Source: Vicugna vicugna (taxonomy: Eukaryota). Taken from it: a stretch of DNA of 64,000 bases. Shown piece by piece: positions 14,086 to 29,819 of this stretch (position 1 is the first letter of the stretch; each line of letters begins with the position of its first letter). The DNA is taken from the NCBI GenBank assembly GCA_013265495.1, contig MU058198.1, positions 6,897,779 through 6,961,778 on the forward strand, written 5' to 3'. A program made the position numbers and the translations under genes. The notes under the pieces are model-generated. The model was not told the DNA's origin and did no database searches. It was given only the letters and a program-made list of their open reading frames with translations.

Positions 14086-17000
14086 TCACAGGAAGTAGTC
14101 GGCCACGGGCTTTTTGGAGGGGATGCCTCGTGTCTCTTGGGGAGCGGCCTCAAAGATGATGAAATCTTTCTGGAGATGCTCATCCAGCTCCAAGATGGCT
14201 GCCACATTCCCACAACTGGAAGTGGGGTGGGGGCAGCAGTGTTAGAGAAGCAGGTCAGCCAAGATCCCCACCCTCTCCTTCACCTCCCGGCCTAGGCAGC
14301 TCACCGGTAGCAGTAGTTGGGTGCTGACCACACAGTGAGTACAGTCTCATTGAAGTGCCACTTGTAACCTTCCATCACCAGTTGGTGGGCACGACAGATC
14401 ATGTCAATGTCGTTGGCTGCATTGAACTGGGCCACCACATCACTGCCAAATAGGTAGCCAGCCCCACGGGGGCTCACTCCCCAGCCTGTTGTGTCTAAAG
14501 CAAATAAAGGTAGGAATGGGGAGAGGGTGTCTTCAAGGAGCCACTAGTTGCCCTCAGCCCTTCGAAGGCGAGTAACCTCTCCCTCTCCCCTCTTGCCTGT
14601 GCAGCAAGAGTGCAGGTCCCAAATGTGTTCTGGGGGAGTGTAGGGGACAGGACGGCAAATGTTGAAGCAAATAAGCTCTAAAGAAGAATTTCCTCATAGT
14701 TGGAACCAGCTCAGAATCAGAGTGATCATGTAACTTACTGTCCAAACAGGTACAGAGGAGAGTGAAAGGAGGTGCTTAAAACAACCAGGTCCAAAAAGCA
14801 CCTGTGACCCAGGGCGGCTCTGCCAGCGGCAGGGAGGCAGTCACAGGGCGGTCAGGCGCAGCAGGGAGGGAGCGGGGGCTGGCTGTGTTACAGCAGAAGA
14901 GCCCTAGACTGGTACCAGGAGACCTGGCTTTCAATCTCAGCCCTGCTCCACAGTAGCTGGGGAAGCCTGCAAAATGAGGGGTCCTGAGGGCAATCATTCT
15001 CCAAGTCTGACCTCTGCAGAAGCCCCTTCACATTCAGGGAGCCAATAATTTTGTCCTCAACAAGCCTGAGCCATGACATACATGCCCAGCCCTGCCTCTA
15101 AGCTCAAAGCACTCAGCTACCCTCGCTTTCACCCCTCATCGAGGGTGCCAGCCAGTCGTCAGCCAAGCACGGACCCCAGTGAAGACCAACCCTGCTCTGC
15201 TCTTCCCCAAACTCACCTTCCCCGGCTGTCCCTTCAAGGCACTTGCTTTAACCACAGGACTCCCTCAATCTCTCAGCAAACTAAGAGTAGAGCTCCTGCC
15301 CTCACCTTCAGGGTCAGACCAGAGCAGGTCACACATGGGCCCGTCGTGAGGCACCTCTTGCTTTCGGTCAATTGTCCGGATCTGGTCCAGCGTCTGGATG
15401 GAGGGGGAAAGGCCCCCGTGCACACAGAAGATCTACAGAGGAGAGGGAGACAGGTGGGAAGGGAGGCTGAGGCCCAGCGTCTCACCCATCCCTCCCATCC
15501 CCAGGGTGCCTCGTTGGTTGGCCTACCTTGCCATCAATGATGGCCGACAGGCTGAGGTAGTCAAAGATCTCAGTGCAGTAGCGCCACACGGTCACCGAGC
15601 CATATTTGCGCAGACACTCATCATAGAAGCCATAGACTTGGGTGATCTGACGGCTCTCATGGTTGCCCCGGATCAGGGTGATGCGGTCAGGATAGCGAAC
15701 CTGGAGGCAGCCACCGAGCCAGGCCTGGGGTCAAGGCTCTGTCTCCACTCCTAGATGTCCTCACATCTGCCAGCCCTGCTCCACCCTCATCACTACTGCC
15801 CTAGCCCAGACTTGTGTCATCTCTGCCTGAATCATACTGTATCCATCTCACAGGCTCCCATTCCCTCCTCTAGAGAACGCAAAGCTGAACCCTCTCACAG
15901 CCCCTGCCCTCATCTACTACAAACAAAGGGCCCCTCCTTCATCCATGAGGTACAGACCAAGCCCTTAGCAAGACACTTAAAGTGCTTTGTCATCTAGCCC
16001 CTTATGCCCTCTCTCCCACCAATGTATCCAGTTGAACTCAACTCCTCACCATTTCTGAACAAGGTGAGCCTCTACTCCCTCCCCTACAAGGCTGCCCCTC
16101 TGACCTCATCCTCCAGGGGCCCAACCAGATGCCCCCAAGTCAAGGAAAGCTTCTCTGACCACCTAAGCAGAATCTGTTGGTCACCAGCAGCACAGCTCAA
16201 GGGTTGGGGGTGGATGGAGCAGGAGATGAAGGCAGAAAGGATGCAGACAGGTCAGGCCTGAGGTGGCCCAGGTGTGGGCTCCAGAAGCCGGGGGTCCCAC
16301 CTTAAGTGCCAGCAGCAGGAGAAATGTTTCGACGCTGTAGAAACCACGATCCACAAAGTCCCCCATGAAGAGGTAGTTAGTCTCAGGGACGTCGCCACCC
16401 ACCTGGGGGGGGGGTAGGTAGGAAGAAGGGTCTGCTTGGTCCTAAACTGTCCCCTACCCACTGTGGTGGCCCATTTCCAGTCAAGTTGAGGCCCTTCTTT
16501 CACAAAGGGCCCACCTAACTAGAGGCCTCTGGCCCCCACCCCACTCACCAAACTCAGAGCTCCCAATTTCAGTTAAAGGGATCTCCTAGTCACCCCTACC
16601 CCAGATCACCCTCCCCAGTGTTTCCCCACACTCACTCTGAACAGCTCCTTGAGGTCATAGAATTGTCCATGGATGTCGCCACATACCTAGAAAGGAGAAG
16701 GTAGGTTGAAACTCATAGTCCAAAAGTTTCTGCTGCTGGGGGCTGTCCTTCGAAACACCCACTGCTTTCGAAGATCCTTATCACTCTTGGCTATGCCTCT
16801 ACTTCTCAGGGACCCAAATCTGCTCTCCCACAAGTTAGAGTCACCCTCCATCCCATACCAAGTACCAGCTAGAGAGTGTGTGTTGTGTGTGTGTGTTGTG
16901 TGTGTGTGTTGTGTGTGTTGTGTGGGGGGTGTGGTGGGGGTGTATGTCTCTGTCTCTGTCTCACTGGTGGAGTGCATGCCTAGCATGCACAAGATCCTGG

Positions 17001-20000
17001 GTTCAAACCTCAGTACCTCTGTTTAAAAAAAAAAGAACAAATAAATAAACCTAAAATTATCTCCCCTCATTAAGAAAAAAGAAAGAAACAAACAAAAAGA
17101 CAAAAAACTCCACAAAACTATTCTTGAGCAAGAGCTAGAGCCAAGTCTTCCCAGCTGGATCTGCAGCTCCCAGAGGACCTGGCCCTTTCCTCTTCCTACT
17201 TCCCTCAAGGTACCCAGAATAAAGTCACCAACAACACAAAACACAGCAACACATAGAGTCCAATCACTTACCAAATTAAGAGTCCTTCTGCCCTGACCAA
17301 GAGCATCCCTCCAATGACTCCAAAGACCCTGCCCATAACAGCCACTTCTAGCAAAGCTCCCTTGAAGATGAGGCTCCCAGAGATGAAGGGTAGACCCTGG
17401 ATTCCACAAGACTAAGGAAAATGTCCTTGTGCCTAAAAGACCAAGCTAGGCAATGGAGGGACAGAGGGTACTCACTGTGACTGGCGAGTCCACCCTCTGC
17501 ACGTTGCTCTCCTCCACCAAGATCTCTCTGGAGACAGGAGAAGACCACGGTCACCACAGCCGGGCCAGCCCAGCTCAATTCCTGACCTTCTTCTGGGGGG
17601 AGGGGAGGATATGAGGCCATCCTTGAACCTCTAGGGGGCAGGCTGGGGGACCCAGAACAGACTGACCAGTCTCTCTGCTCGACACCCCTTGTGGCCCCCC
17701 TGCTGCAAATAGGTCAAAACCCAAGCTCCTGCTCAGCATCCAAAGTCTTTCCAAGGAGTCTGGAACGTTCAGGGCCTTGATCCTCTCTGCCTCTCCCTTT
17801 TAGGCATCCAGCACTCACTCCCAGAAAACGGACCTCGTCCTTCTCTGCACAAAACAGACGGCGCCCTTGGCTGAGCTCTTATAGCCCCTCTCCCAACCAC
17901 AGGGGGCCTTCCCCCAGGCTGTCCAAAGGCACAGGGGTGGTGCCCCGGCAGACCAGCCATCAGAGGCACCTTCAAAGTGATACACTATTGCCACTTCTCC
18001 ATTATTCATGTAGAGCAAGTCTTTGTTCTTCCTTTCTCCTTGCAGAGCAGCCTACTTCTACCTGAATGAGCTTGACATGAAATCACTTTGTTGGTTACAG
18101 TAAGTAGCACCACATTTTCAGATTTCATCCTTGATGGTCACAGGATCAGTGAACACTCCAGTTCACACCATGCGCCAGGATGGCAGTAAGAATTCTGCAC
18201 GCATGACGCAGGCAATCAAACCACCACCCTCAAAGGCAGGCACTGCAATAAGTCCCACGGCTCAGATGAAGAAACTGGCTGCGAGCACACAGGCAGGAAC
18301 TGAACCAAGGCAGTGCGCTCTGGAGTCTGACTTTTATCAAGCTAGTCTGATGTGGGAGGCCCCGGGCACCTGCTCAGCCCTCGCTCTACCACTAACCCCT
18401 CCCACTAGTCCAGGAGTTCCCAGGCTCAGGGTGCTCTGTTTGACAGAGGCGGCTGCAGGGAGGTGAGCCATGGTTTCTGGGAATGGGAGGAGGTGCTGGC
18501 AGTGGTCCAAGGGGCCAGACAGCAACCAGGCTCTCCCACCTGTACTGCACCTTGTGCTCAACTTCCTTCCACATCTACTGCTTATAAAGACCTTTCTAAC
18601 TGACTTGGGGAGGTCCTATTCATCCGTATCTGACAAAGAAACCAGGGTTTAGAGAGAAAAAAAAGGGGCAGGATTAAGGTCACAAACATGGAGAGTGACT
18701 GAATTGGAACTTAGAAGCCCAATTTCCTGAGAATTTATACCTTCTGCCCTTCCACAGACTCTGGGTGGAAACTCCCCCTTGGTGCCAGCAGGCCCTCAGC
18801 ACGGTGTAGGAACCAGGCCCAGCTCCATCACCTGAGGTACACCATCAGCCATTTCAGAGCTCACACCTGCTCATATTCACTTCCACGACTAACACTGCCT
18901 TTAAGTTCCTACTTCTTAAAGTGCCACACTGCGTCCCTGATATGTAGAATCTCACTTGAGCTCTGTAATAATTTCAAAGACAAGAGAAGTAGAGTTACTT
19001 GACAAAGATCATACTGTTTATAGATGACAAAGCTGGGATTCCCACTGAAGACCACTTGATTCAAAATCTGCTGCTCTTCTAACATGCTGATGTTTTCAAT
19101 AATAGGAGCAAGTTCAGCTCACACACTTCAGGCCTCTGTAGTTTCAAGGGTTTGGAGTCTCTGTACCCTTTGAGCAAGCCGAAGCTCTTGACACTACCAG
19201 CCTTGGCCTGGGCCACTGGTGGGACCCCAGGAGGCCATGGCCAGGTGCTAGAGTTGGTTCCCCCCAGACTGGGCCTGGGATAACAGTGGCCACCTCAGGC
19301 CTGAGCCTAGTACCTCCTAGGTCCATCTCAGTTTCAACTGGGCAGGACCTTCCCACCCCTCTGTAGCTCCCTGCTGCCTCTCACAGAGTCTAAATGTCTG
19401 CCTGGCTGTGAGTGAGCCTGGAGTATAGTCAAAGACCTGGATCTGAAACCAGTCTCCCCTCCAATCAGCCAGACATTATCTTCTCTGAGGCTCAGCTTCC
19501 TCTTCTGTGAAATACTCACTCCTGCCCAACCTATTCCACAGAACTGCAAAGAGCAACGGAGACTGAATACATACATACTCTGAATACACTGTTATTCTGA
19601 AAACTCCACCACACTATCCAAGCATTAGCTATTATCACCAGAGCACTGATCCAGGCCCTGTGGAGGACATAAAACTTACGGGAAAAAGAATAGTGCCAAG
19701 CAGCAATAGGTCTGAGTTCCTAAAAATGCCAATCAAGACTGAAGGAGCAGGAATGACTAAAAACATCTCGGGGCTGGTCTAGCGAGGGAAATTTTCTTGA
19801 GCTGGCAAAACATGGAAGAGCCACAGATGAACATTTAAAGGGGGGCCTTGCCTGTTCACCAAACCCACGCAGGCCCTGTCTGATTGCTACAGGTCTGTGT
19901 GAGGCAAAGCTAAGTAGAAAGCCTGACAGATCCAAGTTGAGAACCCAGCTCTGCCACCTTCTCTCTTGGCCTTGGTCAAGTCACTAGGCTTCTAGGAGTC

Positions 20001-21406
20001 ATAGCTTCCTGTTCCATAAAATAGGGCAAATAATTCAAATGTCACAGGACTGCTGTCAGAAGGAAATGAATCTAACTTATTTGCCAGTACAAGGCCAGGC
20101 TAGCAGTGGGCCTGTTGTTTAATAAATGTGGGGTAAATCTGCTGGCTCCTTTCCTACAACTCTCCACCATGCTGGGAGCTACAAACAGTTTCTTAGGAGG
20201 CAAACAACTGGTCTCCTCACTGCTGCCCACACATCTCAGGGCTCCACTCCTACTCTCATCCTACTGAAGGCCCGTTCTTACCGGGCCTGCTCCATGAGCT
20301 GCCCAAATTATTTTCATCTTTCAAGGCCACCTTCTCATATAAGCCTCGAATGACTTCAGTCCACATCAGCATTGCCCTTTTCCTACAAATAACAATAACA
20401 CCTCAGAATTTGCCAAGCACTTGTATTTTACCAAAGCCTTATGCTAAGCGCATCCCAAGCACCAACTTACCAACCCTTCACAACCATCTTCTTAAATACT
20501 ATTACCCCCACTTTACAGATGACGAAACTCAAGAGACTTCAAGATCACCAACAAAGCTAGCAAGTGGCAGAGCTGATTCTAACCTAGAGCCAACACATTC
20601 CAAAGCTTGGCTCTTAACCCCTACATCATCCTACGCCCCACAGAACTCTGAGTTGGGCCTCCCTTCATACCTTGCTTAATTCTACCCTGGTACTATTCCT
20701 TAGGCTCCCACAATGAATATGAGAGTGATCCAACTCCACTTTCTTGCATTATGGCCTGAAAACGGACAGCTCACGGAGAACTGGCTTCAGGCTCTATCCT
20801 TTTAATTGCTGGTGACTCTGAAAATGAGAGCCTCACCTGTAAGATGGGGACAATTTCACCCACCTTTTAGGGTTGTTGTTGGAATTAAAAGAATTTTGTA
20901 TACTACAGAGTCTTTAGTTTTTCTGCCTTGAACTCTTGTTCTGACATTCGCTTTCATTCTTCAAGGCCTATGCCAAAGTTCAGTTCCTCCAAGGAACCTT
21001 CTCTGTCTCCCCACCCCAACTCCTGGCCACCCTCAGAAAGATAAAGAGTTGTTTCCCTGAGCTTTCTAAGTACTTTCTATAAACTCTTTAACTCCACTGA
21101 TAACAGATCATCTAATACTTCAAGTATCTTTATCCAGGTCTGTCTTCCCCCAACAGGCTGACTGCTCCTCAAGGGAAGTGACCCTATTCCGCTCCTCTCT
21201 GGGAAAGTTTCCAGGATGAGCCAGGCCTAAGTTCTCAGTGGGGTTCATCCCAAAACGGAACACCTGGGTAGTGGCCAAGCCTCGCTTCCTCAGGGCCACC
21301 GGGCTCACCTGGCCTTAGCGCACAAGGCCTTGACTTCGCTCTCCTTGATGAGCTCGCAGCGCCGCAGCTGCTCGATCTGCCGGTCCAGGTCGCTGATCTC
21401 CGCCAT
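14086..21406 (-). CDS. PPP4C: Ser/Thr protein phosphatase 4 catalytic subunit (307 aa)
   Basis: Minus-strand exons 21406-21309, 17527-17476, 16686-16636, 16402-16301, 15700-15527, 15432-15306, 14494-14305 and 14215-14086 total 924 nt. [14 protein letters not shown]..., motifs GDIHG, GDFVDRG, RGNHE and SAPNYC, C-terminal DYFL*. Poly(A) signal at 13771-13776 (-). Confidence 0.98.
16875..16945. repeat. Imperfect (TG)n microsatellite abutting a SINE head
   Basis: GTGTGTGTTGTGTGTGTGTGTT... run. Confidence 0.85.
16936..17110 (+). mobile_element. tRNA-derived SINE (camelid Vic-1-like), degraded 5' end
   Basis: TGGAGTGCATGCCTAGCATGCACAAGATCCTGGGTTCAAACC (B box), then AAATAAATAAACCTAA..ATCTCCCC and an A-rich tail. 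Matches the copies at 39799 and 50221. Confidence 0.75.
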
Positions 21407-21689
21407 GGCCCACCCCCCCGGCGCGGGTCAGAGCCGGGGCCGCCGCCCCCTCCGCACCGCACAGGGGTCTCCTGGGAAGGGCGAAGACGAGCCCGCGGAT
21501 CAGAGTGTCTGCAGGGGGCGCCAGGTCGAGGGGGGCAACTGGATTCTGGAGCTGGCCCGGCCCCCCCACTCCCTCCTCCCCTCACATCGGCCCCCGACCC
21601 CCAGCGCCCCAAGGCCTGGGCCGCCCCCCGCTAACTCCCGTCGAACACCGCGGGCCTGCGCAGAGGACGGTGGCCTAGAGGGGTCTCTG

Positions 21690-21970
21690 ACTATTACCGC
21701 CGCTGCGACTCAGGTTCCGGCTCGGGCTCCCTGCCTTCCTCCTTCCCTCCGCTTTGGGCCGCCGCCACCGCCGCTTCTACTTCCGGCCTCGCCGCGGAAG
21801 CAGAGGGAGATCAGTTCCGTCGCGCGCCGGATGTGGCGTCATACACACACTACCCCCCTCCCACGCCGGGCCTTTACCCCACCCCTTCAAGCCTAAGAAT
21901 AGAAATGAGCCCAAGGAACCGGATGTCGGCAACATGAGGGCGGAAGTGATTGTGGGTTAAGCCGATTGGG
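21690..21970 (-). promoter_or_regulatory. PPP4C: PPP4C CpG-island promoter and non-coding exon 1
   Basis: CpG-dense. ETS/GABP motifs ACTTCCGG (21779) and GCGGAAGTG (~21940). Minus-strand donor GTAATAG at ~21697. Confidence 0.75.
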
Positions 21971-23872
21971 TCTGTGAGGGCTATTAAGGACCTCAGCCCA
22001 GCCCCCACCGCATCTGAATGAGGGCAGGTGGAACTGAACTGGGGCTCCCCTCTAAGTTACACGTTTTTGTTTACCTGTTTTAGTCGGCCGCCCCCATTAT
22101 AATCCCAGAGGGATGGGAATTAGTCCTGTTCACGCTTGCAGCCCCAGTGCTTACTTAGTACAAGGCCTGGCACGGTTGGTATACCTAAGTATTTGTTCAA
22201 TGGGTGAAGGAACCCAGTCCAAATCTCTTTCCAGGGCCCCAGAGAAATCTCTTCCATGGAGGACCTCCGAAGTTCAAGGCGGAAAGGATCCCACCTTTCC
22301 CACATCAAGCCTGTACCTGAGTCAACATAACCTCCCTGATTCCAGAATGGTCCCTTTGACACACCTCAGTTGTTATTGTCTGCAACTTTATTCCCTTTTT
22401 TAATAAGAGGAAACTGGCTGAAAGAGATCAAATAATTTGTTCATGGTTGCATAGCTCAGGATTTTGAGTTTGAATCAAGGTTGAAATTTGAACCCAGGAA
22501 AGCTGTGTTCTCAGTTCTAGTTTCTTCTCCTGCTGTCACTTACTCTTTCCGGAGCTCACTTTGTTATTATAAACTTACAATACACCCCAAACTGGCATCT
22601 GAAGTCCTCTGCTTCCCTAATCTCTTGCTGCAGGCAGAGGAAGCGATTGGTTTTTAAGTAAACTTCGTGGTGTCTGATTCCTTTTGGAAAGTCCTTTTTG
22701 CTATCTTCTATTGACCCTCAACTTCTACTTGCTTTACTTCAGACTGTTTCAGAGAGCTGAGTGAGGTTAGGCACGGAAGTGAGGCCACACTAGGTATAGG
22801 TTTGATTTTTAATGTAGGCAACAGGTGCAACTGTGCAGAGAGAAGGAAAGGACCAAGTTTTAAAACTCCTAGAAGGTGCTAGGTTCCTATGCAGATCACT
22901 ATAGGGATTTAGTAGGTCCAGAGATCAAAAAGGTCAAGGTGCCTTTTTTTTTTTTTTTTTCCTAGAATGGAGCTCAGACAGGAAAGGGTCCATATCAGGA
23001 AATTTGGGGAGTGGCAGGACCAACTAGTTCTCTGGTTATGACTAGGATCTTTAATACCAGAAAAGATCTGGTGTAGCTACTGTTATACCTCATCCTGGGC
23101 AAATGGGGAAGGGTTCAAGGCATGGCACAGGTTAAGTGCAGGGCCCTCATTCTGGCTTCATGGAATGCAGAGGCCATAGAGGTTCAGTTCTTAACCTGGA
23201 ACCTGAGCTTCACAGTTTGTGTGTGTGTGTGTATCTGTTGCTGAGGGGTTGTTAGAGAGGAGGATTCTAGGTTCTTCAAGGGGTTCCACAGCCCAAAGTC
23301 TTAAGAAGACAGTTCTAATCACGTCTCCTATTCAGATGAGAAGACAGACAGACAAGCTCAACAGTGTAGACTAAGGAGATATGCATTAATAACCTTGTTT
23401 CAACAAAAACACAGTGCCATCCCCAGCAAGAGAGCCTTAAGGACAAATTGGGAATAACAGCATCTACTCTTATAGAATACTTACTATGTTGCCTGGTTTA
23501 TAGATTCAGGAAATCTTAGTTTTTGTCAGTGGCTCTTTTTTGTCATGGGGGCCTTCTACACCCATGAGTCCTGGACCTAAAAGTAAGGCTGAGGCTTCTT
23601 CTTCTGTGCTCTGCTACCTCCCCCAGCCCTCCTCTCCCCTAGACACCACAGACATGGACAACAGACTCCCCCTTAAATAGTTGTTTATTGGCAATACGCT
23701 GGAAAGGGTGATGGAGTTAGCGTACACAGACAACATCATGCACCAATGTCACCAGGGAGGCAAGAGTGACAGGAAAGAGCAGTCTGGAGCCCTGGGTGAG
23801 GCCTCCTCTCTTCAAGAGTGAGTGTGGGAGGGGCCGCAGCCTGGAGTGTTGAGGGGGCAGCCTTGGCTCGGC

Positions 23873-26487
<2,615 letters not shown>

Positions 26488-26600
26488 TCAGGGCCAAGGT
26501 TCCCTACCTCTCTGCCCCACACCTGGCAGGTCTTGGGGCACTTCCTGCCCCCAGCTCTCCCCTATACCCGACTTCCCTATACTAGGCCTGCCTCCTGTAC

Positions 26601-26750
26601 CTTTCCTAACTCTGTTGCTGGGTGTTGCCCAGCTGAGGGTGGGGCTGTATACTGGCATCTGGGGTAAAGGAATAGGCCAAAGCCATGGACAGGCAGGTCA
26701 TGTGGAAGCTGGACCCTTCTGGCTTGCGCTCTGCCATGGGGTCACCTTGC
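26601..26750 (-). pseudogene. ALDOA: Alternative (testis-type) ALDOA N-terminal extension exon, frame-disrupted
   Basis: Acceptor TTCCAG|G at 26750, ATG at 26737 and donor AG|GTACAG at 26601. Encodes [24 protein letters not shown]...[11 protein letters not shown] with TAG at 26608-26606. It resembles the recalled human long-isoform N-terminus [19 protein letters not shown]... Confidence 0.7.
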
Positions 26751-27479
26751 CTGGAAGCAAAATCAAACCAGAGTAGTTTAGAATTAGAGGTTGGGTAAGG
26801 CAGAGGGCCCAACCCCCTCACCCAAAAGAAGCCAGAAAAGGGAAGAAGTCTGTGCTTCAAGCCACACAGCAAACAAACCAGGGGCCAGATCAGAGATTAC
26901 AACCCAGATCTTCTGACTGCCACAGGAGTGTTCCTTCCAATCCACCCAAGACCCCACGGCTGGCCCAGGCTCCATGACCTCAAGGACACCCCAAGGTCAG
27001 ACTCCCCCCCTGGGGTGGGGGGAGGGTGCTAGGAAAAGGGTGTTAGGAAAAAGGTAGGAGGGTAATCAGAAGCCCAGAAAGGGGCAGCAGAGGAAGCCTA
27101 GCCCGAGGTGGAGGACAGGGGTGAGTTTTGCCGTTCTCACTGCTCAGACAGGGTTAAGAGTGTGGCGGAGAGACAAGCACCCCACCCCTTCCCCTGAAAA
27201 ATGCTCTGGTCTGCTCCACAGCTGCAGCTGTTCCGGGCTCAGAATCAAGGTCACCCGATAAGAAAAAATAGGCGAAGTGTTAATGGGGCATCAGGCGCTG
27301 CCAAGGGGTTTCCCTTACTCGCCAGGGCCACCCGTCTCCCAGGACAGGGGCCAACCAACCCGTTTTTGGGAACCCTGAGAGAGTATATGAGCTGCCTCTT
27401 AGGATCCCTGTAGAGGCAAAGGGCCATAACAAGGGTCCCAACAAGAAAAGGGGAGGGGGAATGGCCGTTCATCTTCTTC

Positions 27480-28720
27480 TGCTTCCTCCCGGCAGTGACT
27501 CAGCGCGGAGCGGCCGCTGCATTGCGTAGCAAACCAAGGGAGCTCAAGCTGAAAGAGTTGGGTAGTCTAGTCTGGGAGCATACGCGTGGGTGGTGGTGGA
27601 AGTGAGAGATGCTGGGGCCGAGTGGGGGGCTCGGCGCCGACGCCCGCCCCGCCACTGCCCCCAGGACCCTGCTCCATGACCCTCTCCCTGACCTTCGCAC
27701 GTGGCGAGGGGCGCTCACCTTGCACAAGAGAGGGGTGGGTTGGCGGGGTGTAGCGGTGGAGGACCGCGGGTCGGCGACTGGACTGAGGGAGCGAACGCGG
27801 CAGTCGTCACCAGGACTCTGGTTCTGCGGCGCGTTCCAAGCGGAACGCAGCCTATTCAGCTTCCGAGAGGGGGGCGCAGGGGGGCGGGCGTAGGTGGTGC
27901 CCCGCCTTATAAAGTCACCGCTCCACCTTCGGCAGGGTTTTTCCCTTCGCAGGGGGCGGGAGGCTCCCCGGCGTCCAATAGCAGGCGAGGAACTAGGGGA
28001 GAGGCCGTCCCCCGAAAGGCGAAGCCCGGAGGCGGCGCTTGGGCTGGGACAGATCCCCGAGAACACGATCCCTCCCCACCGTCGCCCTCGGACGTGACTC
28101 GGGCCACATCCCGCGGGTCGTCTGGGCCCTCCCCTCCCTCTCTCCTCTTCTCCCCGACCCCCCCAACCCCGCCCCGGCCTGGCATACTCTGGGGCTCTGT
28201 GACTCAGCCGATTTTTGGCGCCGGAAGAGATGGGGATGGGGGTGGGTTGAGTGAGGGAAAAGCGGGTGGCGAAGCCCGAAAAGACAGAGGCTCAGCTTCC
28301 CTCCGCAGGCGCAGCGGTCCTGGGCAGCCCCAGCTTCCGGCCGCGCTGAGGCAGCGTGTCACATTGTAACCGAATCCAGAGGCCAGGCGACTGCGGGCCG
28401 CGACTGAAGAGAGGCGGAGGAAAGGGCGGCGAGGGCACTAACGGAGAGCGCGAGAAGGCGGCCGGGGCTGGCAGGGGGCGGAGGCGAGGCGGCAGCGGTT
28501 CCGGATGTACTGCCGGGCCGGTACCCCCACCGCATCTGCGCCGCATCCTGGCGGGTCGGACTCGCGGGACGGGGAGGATTAGCCTCGCCCGCGCGTGCGC
28601 ACGCGCCCGCTCCCCCGGGCCGCCAGCAAAAGCCAGACCCAGCGAAAACTGGCTGGCCACCCCTCCGACCAACCAAACCTGGGGATGCGCGGCCAGAGTC
28701 CTTGCGAAACGACTCCCTGG
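27480..28720 (-). promoter_or_regulatory. ALDOA: ALDOA housekeeping CpG-island promoter region
   Basis: CpG-dense. E-box/HRE CACGTG (27698-27703) and GACGTGAC (28091-28098), AP-1/ARE-like TGACTCAGC (~27496, ~28200), TTATAA (~27907) and GC boxes. Confidence 0.75.
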
Positions 28721-28871
28721 GCCTGACTTCCCTCTCCAAAATAAAACCCGTCCCTGATCTGTAAGCCTCCCAGATACTTTCCGAGCCCCTCATCCTACCG
28801 GCCAGGTCCCTCTTCCTAGTCATGACGCCTTTAGCCCACCCCAACCCGGGCTCTATCCCGCTGGTGCCCAC

Positions 28872-29060
28872 CTGCGAGGCGGCTGAAGGAGCGGACAGAG
28901 CCTGGTCAGCAGCGAGTGAGCCAGACCACACCCGGGCTGGTTATAAGGCAGCTCCGGCCCTCCCTCCAACAAGTGTCCCTGACCTTCTCCTGTGACCCCT
29001 GCCCTTTCCTCACCACAGATTCCCTGGCAGGGACCTATATTTAGGGAAACCTGAAGCCCC
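28872..29060 (-). promoter_or_regulatory. ALDOA: ALDOA muscle-specific promoter (pM) and M exon
   Basis: MEF2 site CTATATTTAG (29035-29044) next to MEF3/SIX site GAAACCTGA (29046-29054). Nuclear-receptor half-sites TGTCCCTGACCT (~28974), TATA TTATAA (28941-28946) and donor CAG|GTGGGC at 28872. This matches the known aldolase A muscle-promoter architecture. Confidence 0.8.
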
Positions 29061-29819
29061 TGACATTCACACCAGCGTGGGGCCTAAAGTGAAGGAAGAG
29101 GGAGGAAGCTGTGGGCCTGCCTACTTTGGGGTGAGGAGGAGGGCCCCCTCCCCACTCACCTGCTCCTCAGAGACGGTTTTCCTTGGAAATCCAGACTGAG
29201 GCCCGCAAAAGTTTGTCAAGGGAAATAAATCTTTGGACAGGGGTCTGTGAGGAGGGAAAGAGGGGTAGGGGGACTCAGATCTGTGGCCCTCCCTGCCTCC
29301 TTTTCTGATCTCCCCTGCTCCTGACTCTGGGCCAGGACCTTGGCTGTTGTGATCCTCTGAAGCCTGCTTCTTTAGAGGGAGAGCAGATGCAGGCACTACA
29401 CTCATACCTCAAAATAACCCAGTCCATGGACAGGGTGTGGCTGGGGTACCCAACATCCTGATTCTCAAGGCCCAAGTTTCTCCCATAATGCTGCCTGTAG
29501 GGAGCAGTGTCCCCCACCCTCACCTTCAAACACAATCATTTACTTGGGGAGGAGGAGAGGAGGGCAGGGGCACCTGCCGAAGCACTAGCCCCTCTGTCTT
29601 CTGGCCTTCCAAAGGGGCTGCCGTCCAGCGAGCCAAGGGCTCTCTGAGTCTCGCTCTGCTGGGAGCCAGGCTCTCCGCTGCTGGTTCCCAGGCTGCTGAG
29701 CTGGGCAGGCCATTTGTGGTTCCAGTGGCCTGGAGAAAGGTGTCCTGAGGCCCCTCAGGGAACAGGGCATGTGGGCCCCGGGGGGTGGCCGCTCCCCAAG
29801 GGGCAGGGACACTGGGTCA

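Noticed and set aside
27500..28931. Several 90-220-aa ORFs
   Set aside because: Stop-poor ALDOA CpG island yielding Arg/Pro/Gly-rich translations in all frames.
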